A stretch of DNA of 64,000 nucleotides. It comes from the human T2T-CHM13v2.0 reference genome, Homo sapiens. Positions 13,951 to 26,870 of the stretch are shown in pieces. The DNA lies in the NCBI RefSeq assembly GCF_009914755.1, contig NC_060934.1, one strand, 5' to 3'. Below the pieces are notes generated by a model. It was not told the origin of the DNA, did not search any database, and was given only the letters and a program-made list of their open reading frames with translations. The position numbers and the translations under genes were made by a program. The stretch's first letter is position 1. Every line of letters begins with the position of its first letter.

Positions 13951-14569
13951 TCATTGTTAATACCCTTGTGTCGTAAGTCCCCTGGGTGCATGCTTAGATT
14001 GACTTTTGGAAATCTAAGATTATTTGGTATTTATTGAAAGCAGAAGAGAGGGAAGAAAAAAAAAAGACAAAGCAGTGAAAAGGAAAACATGGAAGTGGTA
14101 TTTTTATAAGATCTATGTGACATTTTGCTGGCTGTCACCTTTGCTCATATAGGATCCCCACTGCTTAGGATAGGATTAAACTGTCCCAGCTTATAAAGCA
14201 GGCATTTTCCCCAGTGTCTTCTGAATTCTGAAGATTTTGGGTGGGATGTGGATAAAGTGTTGCTGTCCTTGTCTGTCACCATGACAACTCCAGCCAGGAC
14301 TTGGCCTTGCTAGGGTTTTCTGGTGGATTGTGGAGCCTGCTACCCCTAGGTCACAATGAGCAGGAACGTGGATTTACAGATATACAGCTGCTCCCTGGCA
14401 TGGCTTCCCCAAGGAAGTAGGAGAGGGGATCTTGAGGGCCAAGGTTAGTAGCAAATGTGAAAGCTAAGAAGAGACATGGAAAACTTCTCTTGACTACATG
14501 GGGGTTGGTCGGGGGTACATCTGACTCCCACGAACAGACAAATCTAAGAAGAGTGAGAAGCATTCTTAC

Positions 14570-15040
14570 CTTCTGACCCAGCAACCCCACCTCTAGGAAT
14601 TTGTTGAGAAAAAGCCAGAGTTTGCACAAAGATTTATTTTGTTTGAGAATGTCCCTTAAGCTCTTTATAGCAATAAAAAGAGCTGGGAGGATTGCCTTAA
14701 GACTCAATGATGCAGAATTGGTTTAATAAATTATAGCTCATTGCTATAAGGGAACACTAAGCATCCATTCAAAACATGTTTTGAAAAAATATTCAAAGAT
14801 ACAGAAAAATGTCCACAATATATTAAGTGGAAGAAAAAAGAGGTTATAAAAAATCAGTCTGATGTCAGTCTCATTTTCTCATTTTTTAAAAATTAAAAGA
14901 AAAAGAAATGAGGGAGGGACTGAGAAGTCTATAATTAAAATGTTTCTTAAAATATATATAGTTTTTTCACTAAGTGATAAAATTTTTGACATTACTTTTC
15001 AAATTTCTTACGATGAACACCCGTCAACTTGTAATATAAA
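14570..15040 (+). mobile_element. Old L1 (L1ME-like) 3' fragment
   Basis: TGACCCAGCAACCCCACCTCTAGGAATTT and downstream A-rich L1ME-like 3' UTR. Confidence 0.6.
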
Positions 15041-15048
15041 ATTTTTAT

Positions 15049-15360
15049 TTTATTTCCTTATTTATTTATTTTGAGACAGAGTTTCACTCTATCACCCAGG
15101 CTGGAATGCAGTGGCATAGTCTTGGTTCAGTGCAGCTTTGACTTCCTGGGCTCAAGTGATCCTCTTGCTTCAATCTCCTGAGTAGCTGGGATTATAGGGA
15201 CTCACCACTACACCGGGCTAATTTTTGTAAAAAAAAAAATTTTAGCAATAGGGTCTCACTATGTTGCCCAGGCTGGTCTTGAACTCCTGGACTCGAGAGA
15301 TCCTCTAGCCTCATCCTCTCAAAGCACTGGGATTACAGTTATGAGCCACTGTGCCCAGCC
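15049..15360 (-). mobile_element. AluJ
   Basis: Diverged antisense Alu with J diagnostics (GGGCTCAAGTGATCCTC, GGGTCTCACTATGTTGCCCAGG). Confidence 0.93.
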
Positions 15361-15715
15361 TAATTTTTATATTAATAATAGTAAATGTAACAAAGAGGCA
15401 AAAGGAAAGGAGGAAGGAAAGAATGGGAGAGACAGGGAGGGGAAGAGAAGGTAAAGTGCAAACAGAAAAGAAAAGGGAGAGAAAGAAACAGAAAAGAAAA
15501 GTAACCTGGGCCCATGAGATTTAAGAGCAGTTTTAGAAAGTTCATTTAGGGTTAAAAAAATTCTGTTACAAAAGAAGAAAAGGAAACAAAATAAAGATTT
15601 AGAAGGTCTAAGTAATTTTTAAATAAGTTGTTGGCACATATACATTGACTGGACAACCTCAGGCCAAAATTTTCTTTGGAGAGTGTGGCTTCCTTCCTTT
15701 ATAAGACTAACATAA

Positions 15716-15864
15716 ACATACGTGTGCATGTGGGTGCAGCGCACCAGCACGGCACATGTATACATATGTAACTAACCTGCACAATGTGCACATGTACCCT
15801 AAAACTTAAAGTATAATAAAAAAAAAAGTGCTTATAAAATATGAAAAAAAAAAATACATAACAA
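15716..15864 (+). mobile_element. Severely 5'-truncated young L1 (L1PA2/L1HS pre-Ta-like) with 5' micro-inversion
   Basis: GGGTGCAGCGCACCAGCA..GTAACTAACCTGCACAATGTGCACATGTACCCTAAAACTTAAAGTATAAT; 13-bp TSD AAGACTAACATAA at 15703-15715 and 15865-15877. Confidence 0.93.
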
Positions 15865-16826
15865 AAGACTAACATAATAATGAATCTTGACTTTTTAGGT
15901 TGTGAGGATAATAAGTAATTTATAATACTGTAGAAATGAATTTATATAATTTTACTGAATGGTCATAAGGTAGCCGTTCAATCAATTAAGAACCCGGTAT
16001 CGAGTTTCACAATTTATTAGCTAAAAAGGGTCTGCCTAGGGGACTGCTGCTCACTAAAATGTGATGACAAAGTTGGATAAAACTCTCCCCATGAAGTTTT
16101 CCAGGCCACTCAGAAATTACTGTCTGTGTTCAACGTGAAAAGAAAAACATGCAGCTCCTGGTGACAGCTACTGGCCTACAAGCAAATGAAGCTTAAAGCA
16201 ATGTGTTTCTTGGGGACACTGGCCAGTGTGGCCTCTGTCATCAGGATGGTGGTGTCACCTGCCTATTGTCCTAGTCCCTGGTTCTGCAGCTTTTGCTGGG
16301 GCTTTGGGGAAGAGGATGGCAGAGGAGGGCACAGTTCGGGCAGGGGGGGTCCCCAGAACTCCTTCCCTCTCTGACCCCTTCTTGCCTTTTCCAAAACAGA
16401 CCCATGGCACGGGGCATTTAGAACAGCACACACATCCTACAGAACACACTCAGTTAATTCTCAGTTGTCCAGGGCTGTGTAGTCCAGTTATGATTTCAGG
16501 CACTGATTGCCTTCCTCTCCCCGATCTTTGGTTAGCTGAGATGGCTCCTAGCATTTCCGCACATCATGGCTGAGGAGAAAGTTGAAGCTCCTGCCAAGAA
16601 TGGGAGATGATCACTGTCCGGGGCTTTCTGGTCCCTGGCACACTAAGAACCTCTTACGTGTTGGCTTCATCCTCAGCATGCATCTAACCGGTATTTATTG
16701 AGCACCTGCTCTGCACTGGAGCCTATTCTAGGTACTAAAGATATAGCAGTGAACAAAACAAAGTTTTCCTTCCAGAAAATAAACAGTAAGAAGACAATAA
16801 ACAAGAAAAATACATAAAGCATATAG

Positions 16827-17376
<550 letters not shown>

Positions 17377-17380
17377 TAAG

Positions 17381-17610
17381 CAATGTTTCTCAATCTTTTT
17401 CTTATTGCCCTCTTATGGAGTTCTTTTACACGTTTTTATTTTCGCTAATTGCCCCCTCATGACATTTTAAAGCCGTAGATACATCATATATCCGTTCATT
17501 TACTGTGTGTATATCTGTGCTTTATAAATGTTAAAAAGTAAGATACTTTTTGCCCTCAAGAGCCAACTTGTGTACCCTTGGGAGTGGCATGGTCTCCACT
17601 GAGAAGGCAG
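17381..17610. mobile_element. hAT-Charlie-type MITE
   Basis: Starts CAATGTTTCTCAA and ends ..TGAGAAGGCAG (degenerate TIRs), ~230 bp, AT-rich interior. Confidence 0.6.
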
Positions 17611-18118
17611 AACTTCTGCTCAGCAGGAGGCCAGTGAGGCTGAAGCAGGGAGGCCAGAGCTGCAGAGGAGAAACATCCCAGGGCCAGGGCCAGCCCAGCC
17701 CAGTCAGGGCCTTGTAGCTTATCACCAGGACCCTTCACTCTGAGCAACCCGGTTTGACTCGTGTTTTATTAGGATTGCTCTGGCCACTGTGGGAATATAG
17801 AAACGGATGGCAATAATCCCTGTCTTAAATAAGGTTACGGTAGAGTGAAGAGACGGCGCTCTCTTTTTCCTCTCCTTCCCGCCTCTGTTCCTCTCTCCCT
17901 TTCTCCCTTCTCTCTCCCCTTTACTCCCTCTCTTCCTCCCTTCTTCTCTCCTTCCTTCTCTCCCTTCCTTCCCTTAGTCCTTTCATAAACATTTGCAGAG
18001 TGCCAGTTCTGGGCAGGTAATCAAGGGATGTTTGAATTCACTGTGCTGAGTTGTTATAAAGTTGTGCACAGCACGTTATGGAGGCACAGACGAAGGAGCC
18101 CTGTGGGAACAGAAGAGG

Positions 18119-18254
18119 GGCCTGGGCAGAGACTCAGAGGGCTTCTTAGGGAAAGAGTCATTGGGAGCCAGATATGCAAGGATGAAGGCCTGGGCAGAGA
18201 CTCAGAGGGCTTCTTAGGGGAAGAGTCATTGGGAGCCAGATATGCAAGGATGAA
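18119..18254. repeat. 68-bp tandem duplication
   Basis: 18119-18186 and 18187-18254 differ at one base. Confidence 0.97.
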
Positions 18255-18416
18255 GAAGGGCTGGGCAGGAGCAGAGGTATAAGAAGCACTTCAGGTGTAG
18301 GGGAAGGCATGGGCTGAAGCCAGAGACATGGCCAGAGGGAAGAGGCAGGAAGCTCCAACATTTGGGCTAGGCTGGAGGGAGGACCAGGTGGGAGGGAGGT
18401 GACAGAGAGGCCTCAA

Positions 18417-18571
18417 CTGTCCCCCACACTGATCACAACACCTAGCTGGGAGGAGCGCTCCGTAGATGCTGGAAGAAGGAAGCCATCACTCATGAGCTTC
18501 TTTGCTTATGTAGGATCTTACTCACCACACCTTGTCTTGGGCTCAGGGCTCTCAGCATTGAGGACCTTGGC
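18417..18571 (+). repeat. 155-bp direct copy of 20765-20919
   Basis: 8 mismatches and no gaps by hand alignment. Confidence 0.97.
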
Positions 18572-19969
18572 ATCAGGACACAAAGCAGGGCCTGATCTTA
18601 TGGGGCCTCAGAGGCCACATTCGAGATCTCAGACTTCATCCTGTGGCATGAGGAGCACAGGATTTTGAGCCACACAGTCACGTGGGTACTTGCATTGGCT
18701 ACTGCCTTCAGGTGGTGGCTTTGAGGGAGCCCAAGTGAAGGCAGCTGGGGGGCCGAGATGCAGTAAGGAGACCAGGTGAGAGATGCAAAGGGCCTGCAGT
18801 CAGAGCCCAGGTGTGCGAGCTCTAATCTTCCAGTCTTCTCTAATCACACTCATTATTTGTCTAACTCTGGCAATATGAGGAAGTCAGGATCCAGCCCAGC
18901 TTCAAGGGAAAATCCAAATCTGTTCAAAGATGGACATAACTGGAGAGGCATGATTGCCTCTCCAGCAGACACGAACATCGCTGTCTGCTGCTCCTCCCCC
19001 TTCAACCTTGGACACAGTTTCCAAAATCCTCTTCCCATTTTGAATGACCCATGATAAAGTCAGGGAGAGAGAGTTCACAGAGTTTTCCCTGAGGCCTGGG
19101 CAGGTGCAGCTTTATTTACCCGACAGGTCCTTGTGACGGGCCTTGGCACAGACATGGTATTCCCAATAAGAATGGCATGTTCTATGCAGACTGTGACCTC
19201 CAGCCCAGGCTGCCCAGGAGCTCCAGCCTGAGTGCCTCGCACTGTCAGTGTCTCAGCCCTGTGGATCCCTGCTCTCTGCTCTCCTCTTTTTCATTAACTT
19301 TAACTGCACTTGGGCAGATTTGCAGGAATAAATCAAGAACAGAACAGACAAGGATCTGCATCCAAAGCACAGACTGATGCTCCTTTTGGGGCCAGAGCCC
19401 ATGAGGAAAATTGCTTCTGCTCATCATTTTTCATTTTCTAACAGCCTCATCTTCTCCAGTTTCTAAATCCCTGGAGGAGCCAGTAGCAAAAATGTTTCAA
19501 TGGCCAAGTCTCGATATTGGAGGAAAGCAAGATGTGGAGGTGGACCCCTCCCCACCTCCAACTCCACCCCACCATTCACTACTTGGGTTTAAGGATGAGA
19601 AAGGAGAAAATTGCTCACCCCGCTCCAAGGAGAAGTGGAATTTAAGCGACAAGAGACCTGGACAGCTGCTTTCAGCAACGCTGATTGCATGTGAAGAAGG
19701 GGATTGCACAAGCCCAACTGCCTGGGGAGGTTTCGTAAAGTTTGGAATGTGAGGTCTGCGTAGCCAGGGCCTAGACACCCCTGCTGGGTTTTCTTACCCA
19801 TGGCAGTGAAGACAGTTCATTGGAGGACGCAGCTGTAGTTTAGGATGCCAGCCCCAAACCCTGGGAAAAACGCTCAGATGTCCTGAAATCATTGCTAATG
19901 TCCCAGCACGTGCTCAACTCCTGTTGCTGTCTTTGGGACTAATGCTATACATAGAAAAGGCATGTGCTA

Positions 19970-20240
19970 TCGTGGTGAAGGGTCAGGCTTTGAGAACAGA
20001 TAAGTCCTGGCTCAAATCTTGTCTCCAACCTCCTATTATACTATAGCATACTATATGACACAACACTACACTACGCTATGCTACACTACACCACTCTCTA
20101 TTGTACTATCTAATACTATCCACCACACTACACCCCTATTATACTATCTATTAGCATTCTATTCTATCCTTTGTTATACTACCCAGCACTGTGCCTGGCA
20201 CTTAGTAAGTACACAGAAAAATGAGAGTTATTCCCATTAT
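19970..20240 (+). mobile_element. MIR split by a degenerate (ACTAY)n simple repeat (~20035-20185)
   Basis: MIR 5' part (GGCTTTGAG..CAGA..CCTGG.TCAAATC) and 3' part (GTGCCTGGCACTTAGTAAGT) flank the repeat. Confidence 0.65.
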
Positions 20241-20703
20241 TGAATAAGTTTAGGATGCCGTCTTGGAAATCACTTGAAACGGCCAAATCTGAGGTTCTGT
20301 GTGAGGCTGGACCTGAGAGGGAGGCGAGGAGAAGGAGAGAAGCGGGTAGCATCCTTCAAAGCAGCTGAACCAGCCTGCTCCCCGGGCAGGGTGTGAGGGG
20401 CCATGCCTAGAGGGGAGGGGGTGAATCAGCTTGATGTTCCTCAGGGAAGCTTCAAAGGTCCTGGAGCAGGGCCAGAGAACGGAATGCAAATGATGTTGGT
20501 TTACTGAATAAGCCAAACTCACCTGGCAAATCTCCATCTAGCAAATCTCAATCGGGTGCTTTCCTGCACCCCCTGTGATTCTCTCTACCCTGGATTCATT
20601 CAGACGCTCATTCTCCTATACTCCCACTATATCTTATACACAACTCCACAGTAGCAAGGATAATAATGTTTTTTGATCATCTGCCAGCTCTTTGATGGTG
20701 TGG

Positions 20704-20787
20704 ACTGAATCCTTTCACCTGTCTGTCCCCAGCACTGATCATAGCACTGAATCCTTTCACCTGTCTGTCCCCAGCACTGATCACAGC
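20704..20787. repeat. 42-bp tandem duplication in an L2 3' end
   Basis: 20704-20745 and 20746-20787 differ at one base. Confidence 0.96.
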
Positions 20788-20919
20788 ACCTAGGTGGGAG
20801 GAGCGCTCCGTAGATGCTGGAAGAAGGAAGCTGTCACTCATGAGCTTCTTTGCTTATGTAGGATCTTACGCACCACACCTTGTCTTGGGCTCAGGGCTCT
20901 CAGCATTGAGGACCTCGGC
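20765..20919 (+). repeat. 155-bp direct copy of 18417-18571 (probable donor)
   Basis: Direct alignment; contiguous here with L2 3'-end-like sequence. Confidence 0.95.
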
Positions 20920-23109
20920 CTTTCTTTCGGGTATTTCCCAGATGTGACACATGCCCGGCATGAAGGCAGCTATGTGAGTTAACTATCTCACAGTTTACTC
21001 TTTCCAGTTTCACAGGCTGCTCCTTCTTCCTAGTAGTTTTCTGGCATTTGAGCAGGGCCATACCTGCCCCCTTCGCACATTCCTGGGCTTAGATCCACAT
21101 TCCCTGGGTCTTCATCATTCCAGACGCAAAGACCTGATCTGTCTTGCCTGCCAGTGCTCACCCCACACCTTGACAACCTCTCCATCATTTTCATTCCTTT
21201 TGCTGGCCCTGCTCCAGGACCTCTGAGGCTTGAGAAGCAGCAAGCTGATTCACCCCGTCCCGTCTAGGCGTGGCCCCTCACACCCTGCCCAGGGAGCAGG
21301 CTAGTTCAGCTGCTTTGAAGGATGCTGCCTGCTTCTCTCCTCCTCACTGCCCTCTCAGGTCCAGCCTCATACAGCCTCATACAGCCTCGGAGTCAGCCGT
21401 TTCAAGTGATTTCCAAGAATCATCATTGGAAAAAAGCCTTGTAACCATCAAGTGGTGCTGATCTAATAAGAGCCAGCACAAATCCTACGTTAAACTAAGC
21501 AAATGGCGTTAATCTCATCATCATCATCAAGCCTAGGCCCACAGCCTGAGGTGACATGGGGTGACCGAGTCTCTGGATTGTGTGAAGGAAGGCTCCAGTG
21601 ATCAGGTTGCTGCAAGATCAGGTTGACTTGGGGTAATAACCGCAGTTGCAATTACATGTGCTGTTTACATACTTTGCCCCTTGTACTTGATAAAGTCCAG
21701 AAAGAGCCCTGGGCGCAGCTGCTCAGCGCCTCTTGGGGGTAAGCCACATACCCTGTGGGAGCAGGAGAGCCACCTCTCCCCTGAGAGAGAAATAGGGCCC
21801 AGATAATGTCTAGTTTAGGTACCTCTTCAGACCAGATACCTTTGAAAGGATATCGCTTTCTTGTCTGTCTTTCGATATCATCATTACAAGATGGAATGCC
21901 TCCTCTGCATAAAGAAATAACAATTCTCCTAGTATCTTCAGTTTTTTAAAGAATAGAAGGATTGGTACAATCACAAGTCTTTGAAACAAATTTCCAGTAG
22001 TTTTTCCAGGTATTGCTGGAAGATTTGGAAATAAAGAAGTAGCCCTTTAACCCAGTGCAGGAAAATAGGCAAGCTTCATCATCCTATAAATGATCATGCC
22101 CTCAGAACTTGCTGCAACAGAAAAACCAGCTCTATCTATGTACAGTACTGAGAAAGTAGGGCCACTTCCTCTCACTTGGGATCTGGGATAGCTAACACAT
22201 GCCTAAAAGCAATCTGTTAAGTATGACTGAAAGGGGACTGCAGATTAAAGTTGCAAGCTTCCAGCTTTGGGGTACCCAGGAGGGCATCTCCTCCTGAGGA
22301 TCAACAACAGAAAGAAAAAAGCAATGAATCTGAGCACAGCACATTCAAGTTTGTAAACTCTTTTCTAACTTTCCACCTCAATGCCACAGAGCAGTGCTAC
22401 TGTGAAACTGGGGACAAAGAAGAGAAGGGCATCTGTAATCGGGGAGCTCAGGGTGTGTGCAAAACGATGATGATAAAAAAAGGCAAGGAACAGCAGAATA
22501 TGCTGGATTCAGCAGGAGCTGGGCCCCTGAGAGCTGGGGAACTAACAGATTGCAGCCAAAGCTGCAGCCCTCACGTTTTCTGACTTGAGAGATAATGAAG
22601 CAATAAAAGCAGCAGAGGCAGCCAGTAAGGGCTCTGCTCCACAGGGTTGTCTGTGTGAGAGCAGCTGCTTGTGGGTGCCTGCTCAGAGTCCATCCAAGGA
22701 CTGCAGGCCTCCAGCAGACTAGCAAGGCAGAGGACCAAACAGCCAGGCCTCGGTGGCCCAGGGCTAATTCCCTCCTTCAGAGACACCAGAACCTTGGCTC
22801 CCCAGCCTGTCACTGAGCCTGTCCCAGGGTGGGGCAGCCCATATGGTTGAGCTGTTGCATCGCCAGAGACACCAAGGGTAAATAAACCCTGGGACTACAG
22901 ATGGGAGGCCAGCCAGGCTGGCTCCACTTTTTGATCTCATCACGGGGGGCAGTCCGTGTGGAAACCCTGGGAGGCACCTTAGCGATTTTCCAGGCCAACA
23001 ACTTCATTTGTCAGATGAGAAAATCCCCCTCCCCCTCCTAGGGGTTAAGGGACTTGCCAAAAGTCACATAGTGAATCAATCGCAATGCAATAAAAAGTGG
23101 TGGCTGAGA

Positions 23110-23590
23110 CCACAGCTGGGCTTGAGCTCCAGCTCTATTGCTCTGGAGCTTGGGCAAGTTACATAGTTCTCAGTCTCTTCATCATATAATGAGCGTAAGG
23201 TTAGGACCTTCCATGTTAGGTTCTTGGGGAGATCAAATGCATGAAAAGCCTATTGCCTGGTTCATAGTAACTGCTTAGTAAATATTGTTGGTTGGAACTT
23301 ATCGTCATGACTTTGAGTCATTGGAAGTAGATCTCAGAGTCTCCTTCTGCCCAGGTCGGGGATATAGTGTGATGGATAAAATCTTGGGAAACTGAGTTTG
23401 GATTTCGCTTCACCTCTAGTTTTGTGACTCCGGACACGGTATATAATCCTTCTGAGCTTTCGTTGCTCTCATCTGTAAAATGGGAGTAACTCTGCCACCG
23501 TAAACAGGTTTGCTGTGAGGAACAGAGGTGGCAAAATGATGACATGCTCATGGCAGCACGTGACACTCGGAAAATCACAGCTGTTACCAT
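23110..23590 (+). mobile_element. Two adjacent MIR relics
   Basis: TTGGGCAAGTTAC..CTCAGT.TCTTCATC and CTCATCTGTAAAATGGG cores. Confidence 0.7.
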
Positions 23591-24889
23591 TAGCAGCTAA
23601 TCTAAAGCTCCTTCCCCCACTCGGCAGTGAGGACAACTGCTTTTAGTTTGAAGAATAATAAGTTGATGCAATGAAGATGCTAAGTGTGTGGCTGCCCTAA
23701 AGGCTGGCAGGAACCACCCAGCCAGCTGGTGGATGGCATGATCTGAAATGGACCATATGTTTGAAATTATGAACCCAGATGTTAGGTCTTGGCACCTAGG
23801 GTTCACACCATTAGATTCAATCCTTTAGGTGTCTCTAATGGTCTTCAAGGTGCCAGGAAGCTTGCATTAAAATGCAAATCAGTTTCCTGAGAAAGGAAAC
23901 ACATTAAGTTATCCACTTAGCAAATTGCTGAGCTGGGTTGATTTGGGGTGAGAAAGGGGAGAATTTGAAAGGACAGCGGTAAGAGTTATATCTCTGAAGA
24001 AAGAAAGTTATTTTTCTACTGAGCCCAGTGATGAACCAAGGCTATGAACAATAGGTATAGTGGGGTCTCACAAGGTGACTGGGGACACTGGAGGAGAGAG
24101 GCAAGGGGCAGAAAAACTGGTTTTTTTCATAGCCTTAGGATCCTGTCCTGGCCAAAAGCACATAAGTGTAAATTCTACTCCAGTCTCTGCTGTGTCAGGC
24201 TGGGGGATTACGGAGAACTCGTCCAGATGAGGCTTAGAAGAATTCTTGGAGATGCACACGTGGGTGATGAGACCCAGAAACTAACACTTGGGAAAAAGGG
24301 TCTGTTTCTTACACACATTGTGTCCCTTGATGCTTCACACCCTGACTTAAACACACTGGGGCCCAGTGAATGGTCACACAGGGAATGGTCAAAGCTACAG
24401 AGATGAAAAAGATGGTCAAGGACGTTAAAGGTTTGTTTTGTACACAGTAGAAGTATGTCTCCCTTAGCAGTTACGGCATCCCTGTTCTTAACAAAATCAC
24501 TTCTTTACTTGCTGTCTTGAACAAGTAGGATAGCAGAAAAGTCCTGGCAGAATTTCTATTTTAAGACCATAGCTTGCAGTTCTTTCACTGAAATCTAGAA
24601 TAGCATGCCTTGAAGCAAAGAATAAGAATCACTTTATGTGTACAATGTCTTCCTATATGACTAATGTGGGTATATCAATATTTCCCTACAGGCTAGTGCT
24701 ATTTTAAAGATTTAATTTTTTTAAACTTAGGGTGCTTGGGACAAAGACTAGTGAAAAAAAGTCATCTTTATACTAGGAAAGCCTCTTCTTAGCACCTCTC
24801 TCAGGTTCGGGAATTTCTGATTCCTAGTTTTGATCTATCCCACAACCTTAGTCTACCCTAGAACCTCCAAATTGGTAATAAAATCCTAA

Positions 24890-25135
24890 TAATGGCTGCA
24901 CCTTTCTGAGCCCTTATTCATTAGCACTGTGCTCGTCACTTTACATGTTGATTCTTTTATTCTGTACAGTAACTCCAGACCATTTTCATCCCCATTTCAC
25001 AGATTCAAAACTGAGGCTCATATGGGTGATTAATATGCTCCAAGTCATATAGGCAAGAAATTGGCGGAGCCAGGATTTGAACTCAGTGTGCGTGTGAGTT
25101 CTAAGGCTGAATATTAGCTGCTTGCTGCTTAACCA
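24890..25135 (-). mobile_element. MIR
   Basis: CCCCATTTCACAGAT..AAACTGAGGCTCA..GGAGCCAGGATTTGAACTCAG. Confidence 0.85.
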
Positions 25136-26870
25136 CTCTGCCTCCATTGATGAGAGGAAAACATACAAATCCTTCTCTTCAAGTTGCTTTTTCTCTAAAG
25201 TATCCTTCAGGCAAGGAGAAAAACCACTGTTGAAGAAAATACCACTAAACACACAAGACTCCCAGAAGCACAAAGAGAGGCAAAGGAGGTCCAGGGAAGT
25301 AATGGAATGTGGAACAAGGATTCGGCCATATAGAAAATATTCCGCACTTCAGCTTCTTGATAAGAAGTGCATCAAAGTACTTCTTAGAAAACTCTACCAA
25401 GAAGACATAGCAAACAGATCTTTTCAGATATGCTGCATACCACTCTATTATTAGCTCCATTGCAATCTATTCACTGAGGGATAAGAATTTTCCAACAGAC
25501 TGTTAGCTCTAAAAGTCAGTATCTCCTGGAAAGATCTTTAGGTGCGGGAAGTCAGATAAAGTATTTTTTAGAATGATTTCTGAGTAAGCTATGTAATTAA
25601 GGTTTTTAGCTCCACTGTTCACTAGCTGTGCAGCCTCAGGCAACATGCTCAGCCACTCAGCGCCTCTCTATTCTCATCCTTACAATGGGGGATCACTTAT
25701 GGTACCAAGGTGCAGTGAAGGGCTGGATGTGTAGCTCATAAACCCTAGGAAGTGGCTTTCTCTATGAGGCCTGATTTGACAGCTTCTCAGAAGATTTTAT
25801 ATTTGGGGAATCTTGAAAAGAGAGAAAATCCAATCCATGCACCACAAATGTAATGCCTTTCAGTCTGGGAACATACAACAGCCAAGTGGCATGAGCAAGG
25901 ACACATTGGAGGCAACAGGTGCGTGGTTTGGGTCTAAATCTGGCTGACCCTCTCAGTGTTAGGCCAAAGGATGCGGGCGGGGGTGAGGAGTTCCCTCCCT
26001 ATCTGTGACTTTTAAAATCCTTGCTTCTTCTATGGGTCTGTCTGAAGATGATCACCCTTCCTGTTGAGGCACAGTAGGGAATAAGCCAAGCGGAGTCTTA
26101 GCACTTTTACCCTGAATTGTGTGGCTTTTGTCAAGCAAAGTCAGAAGGACATTTATTTTCAAGACAGGCTTTTATTCTTTTGGAAAAAGAAAAATCTCTC
26201 GTCCTTTCTGCATGTGGCTACAGCAAGCTTCAATTTACAAAGCTGCCAATTTTAACACATGTGCATGGGCACACACACATGCATACACACGCACACTCAC
26301 GCACACACAAGTTGATTCTAGTCCTGGCTCCCTCTGAAACAATCCATCTTCAGCCTTTGCTGTTAATTACGACTTTGCATACTGATAACCAAATGACACT
26401 GAGCCTGGAGTGGCTGTCCCTTGTCTCTCCGCATCACATTTACGCAGGTTGATGAAATCATTCTGGGCAAGGTTAAGTCAAGCCTCCGTGGTGCAAAGGT
26501 TCTGCTTAAAACAAATACTGCTTGCTTTTGGGACCTGGCAGGGAAATAAAAAAGAAAACCAAGATGCTCTAGGCTTCTGTCCTGGTTTCCAGGCAACCAG
26601 ATGCTGGGTACAGGAAGGGAGAGGGGCTTTCTTCTGGTGCCAGACAGTATTGATAGACAGAGGGCTAACTTTCAGAGCCAAGGACATGGGGAGGGACAGA
26701 GGAAGCCTGCATAAGCCTCATTACCCTAATCAACCATAGAGTCAGCCCGTTGGCAGAGAGAGCTGGAAAATGAGCCCATCCACAGGGCTAAGCCAGGGAG
26801 AGAGATGCCTTTCTGTAGTACTTTCCACAGGCACTGCCGCTGTAAGCAGGAGGATTCCCAGGTCACCATC

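Noticed and set aside
18119-20919. Repeat cluster as a CRISPR-like array
   Set aside because: Only two-copy duplications with no repeat-spacer periodicity, in a primate genomic context.
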